Source: Balamuthia mandrillaris | Lineage: Eukaryota | Reading direction: 5' to 3' | Assembly (NCBI GenBank): GCA_031835245.2 | Contig: JAVKOQ020000066.1 | Span: forward strand, 124,001 to 188,000 | Length of the DNA stretch: 64,000 nt | Part shown: in pieces, positions 38,791-51,000 of the stretch | Numbering within the stretch: the stretch's first letter is position 1 | How the letters are laid out: every line of letters begins with the position of its first letter | Notes under the pieces: model-generated | What the model was told of the DNA's origin: nothing | The model's input: only the letters and a program-made list of their open reading frames with translations | Database searches by the model: none | Program-made: the position numbers and the translations under genes

Positions 38791-39870
38791 GACAGAGACA
38801 GAGACAGAGACAGAGACAGAGACAGAGACAGAGACAGAGACAGAAGCAGAGACAGAGAGAGAGACAGAGACAGAGACAGAAGGAGCAGCTATCAGCAAGT
38901 TGGACAGGAGGAGGGGGGGGGGGGCCAAGGAGGCGCTGGAATACATTGGAGGTGAAGAGTGTTGTTGGCAGCATCACTCCACACGGAGACTGGTGGTGAG
39001 CGGAGGTCCGTGCCGACTGGCCGCACTCCGTCCTGTGGCTGGGCTTCAGTCTCACGCTGCGCCCGAAGCACCTCCTGGTGGAGCCGTGTTTGGTTGGCAA
39101 CGAGGCCATGAATGACATCGCGGTGAGCAGTTGCTGGCGTCAACGGCCAGGAGGAGGGCAGGGCAGGGTTGCTTGAGACTATCGGTAGGCGTGGGCACAT
39201 CATCATCGTCGTCACTGGCATTGATTTCCAGAGTGCCGTCACTGGTTCCGTCATCATCACTGGTCTCCTCATCATCGTGAAGGTCAGGACGACAAGGTTG
39301 GAACGTTCCTTGGCCTTCTCCATGATTGAGCCGGGGAGGTACATCTTACCACGCATGAGGAGTTGCTTGGCATCTGTGTCGGTGCAGAAGGTAAGGCCTA
39401 CCAGGCGTCACCCTTGTGGCACTTGTGTTCATAGCAGTGGAAGAGGCTATTGCATTCATCACCAAGGTGTGCCAGGATGTTGGCACGCGTAATGTTGCCC
39501 AGGACGCAGACGGTGAGGCCTTCAAAGGCGATGCCACCAGCGACGTGGTGTCTTTGAAGTAGCGGTCCTAGTTGTCCCAGAAACGGGGTCTTGGTCAGTG
39601 CCGGCGTGCTGACTGGTTGAGCCCAGTCGTTTAGCTCTAGAGAGAAGGGAGTTGGGTACAGGAGCAGCAGTCAGGCGTGGGTGCGCGTTGGGTGTGAAGA
39701 GTGTATTGGCAGCATCACTCCACACGGAGCTCCACCAGGAGGTACTCTGCGCACAGTGCAAAGCGGAGCTTGGTTTGGCTGGCAACAAGCTCTTGAACGA
39801 CGTCACGGAGCGCGTGAATGCTGGCGTCAACGGCCAAGAGAGACGAGGGGCGGTGCTTCCTGGAAGAGCT
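38510..39870 (-). pseudogene. Cluster of scrambled XPG/FEN1-like nuclease fragments
   Basis: Three AVDAS blocks (about 38560, 39140, 39825), plus HGILGVYS and KGDAW...GLTFCTDTD. Confidence 0.4.
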
Positions 39871-40034
39871 GGGGGGTTCAAGTACACTTTCGTCATCGTC
39901 ACTATAGGCGTAGCTGACTACGGAGTCTCCGAGGGTGTCATCGTTGCTGCTGCTCTCTTCACAGCCGCTGTTCGGATCCACCACGTCGGGGGCAGGGCGA
40001 TAGAGTAGACGTCAGCACGTGTGAGAGGAGGGTG

Positions 40035-40758
40035 GAATATTTGGCGGTTGTATGCTGATAAATACTGCAAAATCTGCATGAAGAATGGTAAAAGATGCCT
40101 TGAAACCACTGAACACCTTTATACCACGTGTGTAGTCTCCCAAAAACTGACCTCAAAAATGCTAGAAGATATCAAAACATACAATGTCCTTATTTCCTCC
40201 TTGCTGGTACAGCAAGTGAAAAACCTCGAGTTCTGGAAAGGAGAGCTTCCCTACTATCTAACTGTACATGGTACCAAAAACAAAGACATCAATAGCATCA
40301 CCCATATCATCGACAGCACTAGAACCAATATCTTCCTCAAACGAAATGAGAAACTCAAAAACTGCATTACCTCTACAACTAATAGTACCAAAATTCAACA
40401 CCTTCCCCCGACAGGCTTCTCCTGATAGCAAAGACCCTACTGGAGGTTGGACCTCCCAAACCTGCCAACCCGGCCAGGAGCCAGTGGACTACCGGTGGAA
40501 CCTGTGCCTGGATGCCTCACACCGCTGATGATAGCCAACTTGATATCTACCACGCTATCTCAACATCAACTTGTAACAAGCGATCTCATACACCCCACCA
40601 TAACATGTATATTTTACGGGCGATCTCTAGCAACCTATGTGCCTCCCAACGCACTCTGCCCAATGGGCATTGACGCCAGTAAGCCGTGGGTATAATTACC
40701 TACGAGGTTGAGCGGCCCAGCCCACTAGATAGCCAATAAACTATTTCAAAAAAAAAAA
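40035..40758 (+). mobile_element. 5'-truncated LINE (L1/Tx1-like): ORF2 C-terminal CCHC, 3' UTR and poly(A)
   Basis: YCKIC...ETTEHLYTTC is zf-RVT-like; stop at 40425; AATAAA at 40735 followed by an A-tail at 40747-40758. Confidence 0.8.
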
Positions 40759-40892
40759 GAATTGCAGATCCTCGATCGAGAAGAGAGTTGAGACCAAGAA
40801 CAAGAATGAGAACGACAATGACAATGACAACGAGAACGAGAACGAGAACGAGAACGAGAACGAGAATGAGAACAAGAACCTCATTGCGGAAC

Positions 40893-41371
40893 CTGAGAGG
40901 AACGCGTGGTACCACCTGGCTACCTTCTGCTGAGGAAGGGAGCGTGGAACTGGTTCGTATGGCATTTTTGAGCTGAGACGTTGGTAGATCCCATCACAGC
41001 GAACCATGGAGGACAGACTCCAGCGGTTGGAAGGCCTTGTTGCAAACGCAGAGAATATCCTTGTCCCCACAGGGGTTCAACCAACTCGAGAACGAGTGGA
41101 GCACTGGAAGGCTGCCGCGCAAACTCGTGAAGAGCGCCTGGCCATCCTGCACCCCTTTTTATTGAACGCAACCAAGTCCACAAGTTGGCACCTCTTCCTT
41201 TCTGGCCTCCCCCTTTCCGACCAGGCCACCCCCATAGCGCGCGCTTCACAAAGTTTTCAGACGCGTGGAAGATCGCCAAAGTTCGCATTCGAAAAGTGAA
41301 GGATTTCCTAAATCCTTGAAGGAATGATCCTAAAAACTCGATAAACTCCTCGTAGACCACTTTTCGAATGC
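40893..41371 (+). repeat. Unknown coding repeat family U, copy 1 (with fold-back end)
   Basis: MEDRLQRLEGLVANAENILVPTG...; near-identical to 57281-57735. Confidence 0.8.
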
Positions 41372-41464
41372 CGGTTTCTCCACTGTCCACGCTGACTGGG
41401 GAGTGGCTCGTGTGCTTTAGAGAAACCAACGAATTGCCCGACGCCCATCTGGCTCTTACAGTGG

Positions 41465-42240
41465 TGTGATAAGGCCGGTAGGGTAACGGACACAGCACTG
41501 TATAGAGCCAGATGGGCGCAGGGAAAAAGACCCTTAATAAAATGGAAGAAAGAGATATATATACAAGGAGAGATAGGGATAGGTATTATGGGAGAGTGGT
41601 ACACCACTTCAAAGTCATCTGTGGTTGACTGTCAGGCCGATAATCGTGATACCGCTCTCCAATATGCCTGGACCAGGTCTGGGGCGTTGATAACGTTACG
41701 TTCAGGCTCCCAAGAGTTGTGGCGGTTGGAGAAACCTTTCCACTTCAACCCACATTCACGTCCTCGACTGGTGTAGCGGTGATCTAAAACTTTCTCAACC
41801 TCATATTCGTCATCAGTGAGCTCTCTATTTTCGTTGTTACGTGGGATGAATTGTTTGATGCGGTTGAGGTTTACCATGTTAGAAGAGTAGAGGTGTGCAG
41901 TGGAAGGGAAACAATGTGTGGAGAAAAGATGTGTATTGTCTGTCTATCTGTTAGAATACAAACGATAAAGGAGCTCTTTAAATATAAGAGCGGGAGAAAG
42001 GAGAAATAGGTTAGCGTCATAGCTATCAGAGGGAAGGAAAGAGATGGCATCAAGGATGATGATCATCACCGTGTAAATCGGGGAATTAGAAAATAGCAAA
42101 AGCGGGTAATAGGAGCATTGTAGAGAAATTTCAACATACCACTTTACCCATTTCAGGACCAGCAGTATTCCGCACCTTGATTGACTGTGGAGAACAGATT
42201 TCGATAATCTTGTAGGATCCTCCATTCAAACTAAGTCGAA
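41465..42240 (-). mobile_element. Chromovirus (gypsy) 3' end: integrase tail, chromodomain and 3' LTR (family C, 41465-41606)
   Basis: After removing the inserted LTR: GSYKIIEICSPQSIKV...VVNLNRIKQF...EYEVEKVLDHR...LKWKGFSNRHNSWEPERNV (chromodomain). Confidence 0.85.
41877..42136 (-). mobile_element. Copia solo LTR (260 bp)
   Basis: TGTT...AACA termini with 5-bp TSD TACCA; its end matches 63978-64000. Confidence 0.9.
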
Positions 42241-42744
42241 GTTCTTTGACTCGCCTACTGTTTCCTACAGGCCTTTTCTTTGTGTTCCTACTTTCTGCAT
42301 GAGCATCAGAAAAATATAAAAACTGTTAATAACTGAATGGTGAAAGGGAGAGAAAGACGTGTTTCCGTGGAGAGAGCACATAAGCAGCAAAGAGACTATT
42401 TATCCCCTGCACAACAACGCTGAAGCTATTGTTGTGCAAAAGGCCACCGTCTCTCTGCACATGCCAGCTGATACAACAAAGAGACTATTTATCCCCTGCA
42501 CAACAACGCTAAAGCTATTGTTGCGCAAAAGGCCACCGTCTCTCTGTGCCAACAACAAAGCATTTGTTGAGTGTGATCTCCATCAAAACTTCGTGATACG
42601 ATCGCAATGACATACCAGGTTGCAGCGAGACTTGAATTCCTTTGAGCAATGGCACCATTGCAGGTCCTTGTCCTGCTGGATGTTGCTCCAAGGATGGCCC
42701 CAGATCCTTGCGAGAATGGGTAGAGAATGGAAGAGAAAACTGGG

Positions 42745-45500
42745 AGGAGCACTGCCGAGGAAGAGAACGCCTGGGGGACCGTCGAGAAGGTGAACGCTGG
42801 GAAGAATGCTGTTCAGAAGGTGAACACTGGGAAGAACGCTGTCGAGGGTGAGAACGCTGGGGAGAGCGCTGTTCAGAAGAAAACCGGGGAAAGCGCTGTC
42901 GAGATGGAAAACGCCGGGGAGAGCGCTGTCGAGATGGAGAACCGGGAGAGGAGCACTGCCCAGTTGAAGGTGAAAAACACAAGGGAGTACTCTCCTTTTA
43001 CTCCTCCTTCAACTTGGCCGACTTTTTTTAAAGTGCTGTTGCATTCTTCTGTGCGAGGAGGAAAAGCCAACCAGTCGTCCTCCAATGGTCCTGCTTTGCT
43101 TTCTCTTTTTTTCCCTAGCATCGGTTTTTTCTGGAGAACAAGTTCTGCACACCTGCGCTATTTTCGAGATACTCACATCAACGAAAAGCATAGAACCATC
43201 AAAAACAATGAGAGAAATGACATCAAAACTGCAGAGAGGGAAGATGGCAGCTACCAAGATAGCAGTAATAGCACAGACAACGAAAATAGCGCAGATGCAG
43301 ATAGCAACAACGACAGTGGTGATACCGATGAGAGCGAAGACTGTAATGATATACAGAGAGTGAAGACAGCACAGAGATCGAAGAAAGCTAACAAAGCGAA
43401 GCTAGCGAAGCCAGCGAAGCCAGCGAAGCCAGCGAAGCCAGCGAAGCCAGCGAAGCCAGCGAAGCCAGCGAAGCCAGCGAAGCCAGCGAAGCCAGCGAAG
43501 CCAGCGAAGCCAGCGAAGCCAGCGAAGCCAGCGAAGCCAGCGAAGCCAGCGAAGCCAGCGAAGCCAGCAATGACAGTATTCACCCAAATTGGAGAGTTAT
43601 GAGTGCTGTAGTGCTGCTGTACTCACTAGCACAGAAATTCTCACCTTATTCAACCGTAGAATTGCCAAAATGGTTTTTCCAAGAGCATAGCTGTCCACCT
43701 GATAGAAGAAAAGTTTTCATGGTCAATAACATGATTATCACCACGGAGAACAGGAGAAAAGAGGAGGAGAAAATGCCCCTCTATTCTGCTCCTGCCTGCA
43801 TGCAAGATGTTTCTTGGATTCTTCAGCAACATACCTCTGTGGAATAGCTAACTGGCCCATGGCTGCATTGCATTAGGTGTAGCTCAGGAGGCATGCTAAC
43901 AAGAGCGAAGCAAATAGGACTCAGTAACAGAGGAGAAAACAACGCAAGATCATTGGCACGTCAATGCTGGTGTTCCAATCACGGTATTACAATACCCTTC
44001 TATTTGGAAACCCATGATTTCAAATCTTTGGAAGACCAGGAGACAGAAAGAAAAAAGAAGAAGTACAAAGAGGAAGAGAAAAAGAGAGAAAATGCTCATC
44101 AGCACGCGAACACAACTGAGAATGTTGAAGACTCACCAATTAGAACGGCATTATTGTCTGAGTCCAGCATTATATTAGCTGGCTTTAGATCACGATCTTT
44201 GAAGAAGAGAGCAGAGTAGGGAGAACGCCGGGGAGAGCGCTGTTCAGAAGGAGAACGCCGGGAAGAACGCTGTCAAGGGTGAGAACGCTGGGGAGAGCGC
44301 TGTTCAGAAGGAGAACACCGGGGAGAGCGCTGTTCAGAAGAAGACCGGGGAAAGCGCTGTCGAGATGGAGAACGCCGGGGAGAGCGCTGTCGAGATGGAG
44401 AACCCAGTTGAAGGTGAAAAACACAGGGGGGAAGTCGGCCAAGTTGAAGGAGTAAAAGGAGAGTACTCCCTTGTCGAAGAACAAAAGGAGGAAGTATGTC
44501 TTGTAGTAGAAGGGGAAAACCCCTGCCGAGAAGGAGTAGAAGAACTCAAAGGAGAACGAAGCAAGGAGCGCTGAGGACCAAAAAAAAAAAGTAAGCAGAT
44601 CAGCAAAAACAACATTCTAAGCAATCTGTTTAACGAAAAGAAGGTTACCGTGGGTGGACGATCAGAGAGCAGCAACAGCCAACAGACCTGTGTTGTGCGT
44701 TGCGTGATCAGAAGTATTTTCTTTTCTTTCCCCCAAAAGAAAATAATTTACGGCTGCAGTATTGCTGCTCGATTTGAGGTCGCTTATTCCTTCTGATTCT
44801 TCACTTCGCGTGCAGAATTTGTTCTCCAGAAAAAACCAAGGCGAGGCAGAGGAAACAAGAGAAAGCAGAGCAGGGGGTGGGAGGACGACTGGTTGGCTTT
44901 TCCTCCTCACACAGAAGAATGCAACAGCACTTCCATCCGCTGGGGTTCATTATTTGAAGATATTCACATCAACAAAAAGTGTTGAGTCACCAAAAACAAT
45001 GAGAGAAACGACATCAGATGAGAGCGAAGACTGCAATGACATAACAGAGAGTGAAGACAGCAAAGAGAACGAAGCCAGCGAAGACAGCAAAGACAGCGAA
45101 GCCAGCAAAGACAGCGAACAGTGAAGCCAGCAAAAACAGCAAACAGCGAAGACAGCGAACAGTGAAGACAGCGAAGCCAGCGAAATGCAAAGAGAGTGAA
45201 GACAGCAAAGAGAGCGAAGCCAGCGAAGCCAGCGAACAGTGAAGCCAGCAAAAACAGCAAACAGAGAAGACAGCGAAGACAGCGAAGACAGCAAAGCCAG
45301 CAAAGACAGTGAAGCCAGCGAAGACAGCAAAGAGAGCGAAGCCAGCGAACAGTGAAGCCAGCGAAGACAGCAAAGAGAGCGAAGCCAGCGAAGCCAGCGA
45401 AGAGAGCCAAGACAGCGAAGAGAGTGAAGAGAGCGAAGACAGCAAAGAAATCGAAGATATCAAAGAGAGTGAAGAGAGCAAAGAGAGCGTGGAGAGCGTG
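42745..45500 (+). repeat. Duplicated low-complexity module: 30-bp minisatellite (42745-42960, 44218-44400) and 9-bp (GCGAAGCCA)n arrays (43396-43568, degenerate 45050-45480)
   Basis: Directly visible. Unique parts are also duplicated (43165-43380 vs 44958-45065), and two sub-blocks are inverted between the copies. Confidence 0.85.
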
Positions 45501-47124
45501 GAGTGCGAAGGCATTGATGACAGCAACGGCTGTGACAACAACGATGGCAACTATGATAGCAACGGCAATGATGACAGCAATGGCAACAATGATAGAGAAG
45601 ATGACAGAGAGGATTGTGACATTGATGGCGACGATGACAACGAAGACTGTGATGACAGAGAAAGCTGTAATGACTGCGATGACGGAGAAGAGAGCATTGA
45701 CTGCGATGACAGAGAAGGCAGCACTGCCAGCAAAGACTTTGATGACAGCGATGGCAATGATGACTGGGACTACAGCGAAGGCTGGGATGACAACAGAGGC
45801 ATCAACTACATGAATACGTTGCAGAGAGTGAAGAGGACAGAGAAATACCAGGACTTGTACCGCAACACATACATTATACGTTTACACAAAGCAAAACAAC
45901 ACTAAAACGACTTGCACAACAGCAACTGCGAGCATATAGAAGAAGAAAACTTTGAAGACGAAGAAACAAGAACGAAGTAGACAGTGAAGAACAAGAAGAC
46001 GATGCAGAACAAAACGAACACAAAACTACAGGTGTAGTGTCATCCAGCCAGCAGTTGTTTCTTACTCAAATCTTCACGACCCTACTTCCTCTTTAGTTTT
46101 ACTTGATTGTTTTTAAAGCAAGCTTTTGACCAGTAGAGTGGTTGCTCTGTGTCCGGTAAACACCAGACCGCTTCCGATGGGATGGAGGGGGAACACAGCA
46201 AGGAAAGGGCGCCGCGGTTACCTGACGGGCCAGAACTGCGGGAAATGGGGATGGAGCCTCTGCATAGGGATGGCTGTTCCTTCTCGATGTCGGCCACGTG
46301 GCCATTGCGTCGAACTGGTAGTCCACGTCGCGCTTGTAGTCATTGTCGTTGATAAACAGGACCTTTGAGGATACAAGGGTTGATCCCAATGGAGGTTTCG
46401 GGATGGTCGTGGCTAAAAGACTTGGGTAACAAAACAGGAATGGGGCAACAAAGGGGGTAAGTCGAAGAAGATTTAAAATCAAAAAAAGGGGTACCATTTG
46501 CGAGCGGCGAAGAGGCGGAGGTTGAATCGGACGGTGGAGCCCCAGCGGGAGCGAGTGGGAATGCATCTGGGGATGTCCCATCGGCAGCAGGGATATATCT
46601 CCAGTACAACACCTTTACCAAAACGCGATCACCGTTGGCCAGATTGTGCTGCACTAAGCTTGACGATGAACCTACGCGCTTTTCCTTCACGTTTCTTCCA
46701 TTTAGTGTACATTTTTCATTTTTGTTTCCTGTTCATTCAAGCTTACTTTCTGTAAAGACAGGCGCGACCCGCGTACAACGTTACTGACGCATTCCTCCTC
46801 CAGTGTCCAAAAAAAGGATCGACATCTCAAAGGCGGAACCCGACTCAGGCGGGTTGACTGCTGTCGTTGGAAATCGAACTGCGCCCAGGTGGGTTTGATT
46901 TTGTCGACACCGGGCTCACACGCACAGAGGTATTGTTGGCCTTTCAAAGGAACTTGTTGTTGCTCCAACAAAATCGTTACAAGGAATTGTGTGCTGCTGG
47001 CTTGTTACCTCCTTCTCCTCCTCCTCTTTTCCTTCTCCTTCCTTCTCCTTCTCCTTCTCCTTCTCCTTCTCCTTCTCCTTCTCCTTCCCTCCTTTTGCAA
47101 AGAGAAGCACTCTGAATGTTCCGT

Positions 47125-47832
47125 TCATGACTGGTTGCGATGCTGTAGCATTGTTTCCAAGTACTTTACACCCATTTGTGGCAGAATGTTAGGAAGCAGC
47201 TGTTTCAACGCTGTTACAGGTTTTTTTTAACTTGGTTTAATCCAGAAAGAAAGAAACGACAAGAAAAAGAGAGAGAGAGAGAGAGAGAGAGTGAGAGAGA
47301 GAGAGAAGTAATGCACAAGCAATGAAGGAAGAGAACTAGAGGGAGAAACCTTTCTTTTGAGGAGAACCCTGAATGGTCATGGTATATGAGGGGAACGAGC
47401 TGGACACTGAAAATAACAAAGCACAAACCGTTCGTTAAGAGCGATCCACAAAAGATACAGCAAATCATGGAAGAGGTACCTTCCGGCCTTTCGAAATGCA
47501 ACACACTGCCATCTTCCAAGAACATGTTGACCTATTCGTAGCATATGATAAAATAGATGTAAACAAAATAACGAACAGCACCGTGTGAAACAAAGAAAAA
47601 AAGAAGAAAAAGCGAAAGAAGTCAGACAACGCTCTTTTACCTCGCTGACGTCTCCGACAGGGTACAAGCCTACTTTTTCGGCCAGCGTCTTTGTAGGGTT
47701 CTTCTTGTTGCCGCTATTTGCAAGCACATTATTATTACTCTTGCCCTTCCCCTTTTTACCCTTTCTCCTCACGGAGCCTTTGCCGCCCGTCCGGACTTGT
47801 TCTACTGGAAAGCGACGCACCTCATGCCCCAT
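47125..47832 (-). CDS. Nascent polypeptide-associated complex beta (BTF3)-like protein, divergent, 4 exons
   Basis: EQVRTGGKGSVRRK...GDVSE|VNMFLEDGSVLHFERPE|VSSSFPSYTMTIQGSPQKK|LKQLLPNILPQMG follows the NAC-beta motif order. Confidence 0.85.
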
Positions 47833-48020
47833 CCTCTCTTTGGTCGTCTTCTTTCTTTGCTTGTTCTGTTTGGTTTCACTGAACCACTTTTCCAGAACAA
47901 TAAGCAGGTAGGTTACTCTTGCAGCTCTGCTCTCTCCTCTCTCCTCTCTTTGTCTCTCTCTTCTCCCTTCTCTCGTCTCTCTCCTCTCTTTTGCGCTCGT
48001 TTTTTGTACAACAGTTTAGA

Positions 48021-51000
48021 TTAGAAAAAAGCAAAGGCCATTCGTGGCCGACTCCAAAGGTACAAACCGGTGCCCAACAGCAACAAACTAGCAGCACCAA
48101 GGACCATCAACAACTGCCCTGAGCTCTGAGGTTTCGGTTGACCGGCGTTCTGTTGGTATGCATTCGTAGGGGCTATCTTCCGTGCATGCAGCTCATCTGC
48201 TTCTTCTTCTTGCTCGGGTTCTGATTTTTCTTGCTCTTCTGTTTCATTTTCTTGTTTATCAACTTCTTCTGTTGGCCCTTGTTCTTCTTCTTGTTCTTGT
48301 TGTGCTATTGCTCCATGGCTTGCTCCTTCGAATCCTTGTTCTTGCTGCTTTGGTTGTTTGAACAGAGGTATTTTATGTTCTGCTTGTTCGTTTCCTGCTT
48401 CTCCTTCGTCTCCTCGGCTTTCTTGCTCTTGCTCTTGCTCTTGCTCTTGCTCTTGCTCTTGCTCTTGCTCTTGCTCTTGCTCTTGCTCTTGCTCTTGCTC
48501 TTGCTCTTGCTCTTGCTCTTGCTCTTGCTCTTGCTCTCGTTCTTCCCGTTCTTCCCGTTCTTCTCTTGCTCCGTCTGGCAGTTGCTCTTCGGATTGCCTT
48601 AATCTCTCTTTTCCATCGTTGCTTTCATTAGTTAATTCGATTCGCCTTTCCTCTTGTTCTTCTGCGTGAGTTCCAGCTTGATCCTCTGTTGCCAAGTCCA
48701 TTTGACAAGCGTTCTCCTGCTTTTCAACGTGCTCTTTTTTCTCCTCCCTATGCTGTTCTGCTTGGTCGTCATTGCCTCTTTCTCCGTCCAGCAATGGCAT
48801 GATATCTACAGGTTGCCTTTGTTTCCTCTCATCCTCCTCTTCCTCTTTGATGTCATCTTCAGGAGGGTTTGTCCTTCGTTGGCCAACAGTGAACAACAAG
48901 TCTTGCAAACTCTTCAATTCGTCAACTTCTTGTGTTGCGTTCGTAGTAGAGCTTGCTTCTTCTCCCTCACGAGATGGTGACAAGATGGATAATGGAGTGA
49001 GGGGTTTGGTAACGGAGCGTCTGTCGAAGATCTTAGCAAGTTCTTCTCTTCTCTCTTTTCTCTTTGCTTTGAGAAAGAAGTCGAGATTCTTGTTGTCAAA
49101 ACGTTTGGTGATGTTGGATAGATTCTTCGTCAATTCTTGTTCGTCGTCTGGTTTTGCTTCTGCTTCCGCTTCCGCTTCTTCAGAATTGACTTTTTCTTTA
49201 GGGTCACCTTTTTGACTTCTTCTTCGACTCCGTTTGCCGGATGTGTTTCGAGGGGACACTTGATCCTCCTCTTTCTTCCTTTTCTTTTCTTCGTCTTCTT
49301 TTTTTTCTTTTTCTTTCTCTTTCTCTTCCAGCTGCTCCTCTTTCTAAGACGAATGAATAAGTTATAGTTATTCCAACAAGAGTGACAAGATTTAGTTGAA
49401 GTCAATAGGTACCATTCGCATTTGATCAATTCGTTTCAGCAGTTCTCCAACTACTTCTTCCGTATTCTCTGACTTGGCTTTTTGCAAAAATGAATGCTAA
49501 CAATAAGAACACAAACGTTTTAAAATATATCAGGCAAAACGTAAGAAAAAACAACAGGCTGCCCTGAAGTGGAAGATGAAGTTGAAGAGTTACCTCAAGA
49601 AGTTCGTGAGCAGAGGGTCTATCAACTGGATCGAATTCGAGACAAGTACTCAAAAACGAAAGAAAGTGCTTCGACCATTTGCTTTCATCACGTAAACCCG
49701 GTTTTTTTTCTGGGTTGCACATCTTCGACATTGCCTGAAGGTTATAACAACTAACGTGAGAAGAAGTAAAAGAAGAAGAAAAGGTGATTCAGCAGAAATG
49801 GAAACGTTCATGAAAATAAGCCAACCTTCATCAAAGGTTCTCCCCAAAATGGAGGATATCCTTCAGCTAGTTCGATGGCAGTGATGGCAAGCGACCAAAT
49901 GTCAGTCTTGTCGTCATACTTATCTCCGTTGAGTACCTGCGGAGACATCCAGAATGTTGTGCCAGTGGTTGTGTCTCGGCCTTCGCGGCCTTCCGTGAGC
50001 TTTGCTGATACACCAAAATCAGCTGTTTTTTGTTTGGAGATTATTTACTGTAATATTAGTTGCTCCTGAAATAAGTGAAAGAAGGAAGGAAGAAACTTGT
50101 TTGAAGAAAAAAGGATACCAAGCTTCACTTTTCCTTTTTGGCTGAGAAGAATGTTGGCTGCCTTTATGTCTCGATGGATGATCTGTTTTAGGTCAGGTAA
50201 GTCAATATAGTTCGATTGCAACAGAGAAGAGAAGAAGAGACCTTGTTATCATGCAAATAGGCGAGACCAACAGTGACCTCTCTGAGGATAACAGCTAATT
50301 GTCTCTCGCTCAAAATATGATATCGCAACAAATCCTGTAAGGCTCCTCCACTGCAAAACTCCATCAAGATCTGTTACAAAGTTCACCATTACATATTAAA
50401 TTATGATTGTAAAGAAACAAAACAAAACAACAAGAAAGAAGAAAAAGAAAAGAATGAGAACAGAAAGAATAGTTAAAAACAAGAGGATAAAATAACACAA
50501 AAGGAAGGCCAGCATTACCCATAAGGCCTTGCCATGACGGCAGGTTCCATAGTACTGAACGATGTTGTCATGAGAGCAGGCCTTCAGGATGTCGATTTCT
50601 TTGTCGAGGGCGTCCTTGGTGGGTCCTCTCAAGTTGGTGCAGCTCTTGGCCGCTATGATGGCTTGTGTGGCCTTATGTCTTACTTTAAATACCATTCCGT
50701 ACGCTCTTTTTTTTTTTTTTTGTTTTTTTTTTTTCGAAGATGAGAACAAAAGAAAATAAAAACAAAATAAAAATAATAATAATAACCCTTTGCCGAGTTC
50801 TTGTATGACTTCAAATTGGTCTTCGGAGCCGTCGCCAGAGTTCCAAAGAAAGTCCTCCGTGACGTGGAACATGCGCACCACGTTGGACGGATTGGAAATA
50901 TAGAGCGCGTCTCGCTCGGAAGCGGAAGAACCCCCTCCTCCGCTCTCCTTCCTTCCTCTATTTTTTTCCTTCTTCTTTTTGTCTTTCTTGTCCCCTCCTC

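Noticed and set aside
26590..39870. AVDAS motif as gypsy RNase H (TDAS)
   Set aside because: It lacks the following 'GAVL.Q' and any RT context; the upstream GIL and following Trp fit XPG-N better.
48021..49259. Stand-alone 412-aa gene
   Set aside because: It starts at GTG and is open up to a splice acceptor, so it is better explained as the last exon of the kinase.
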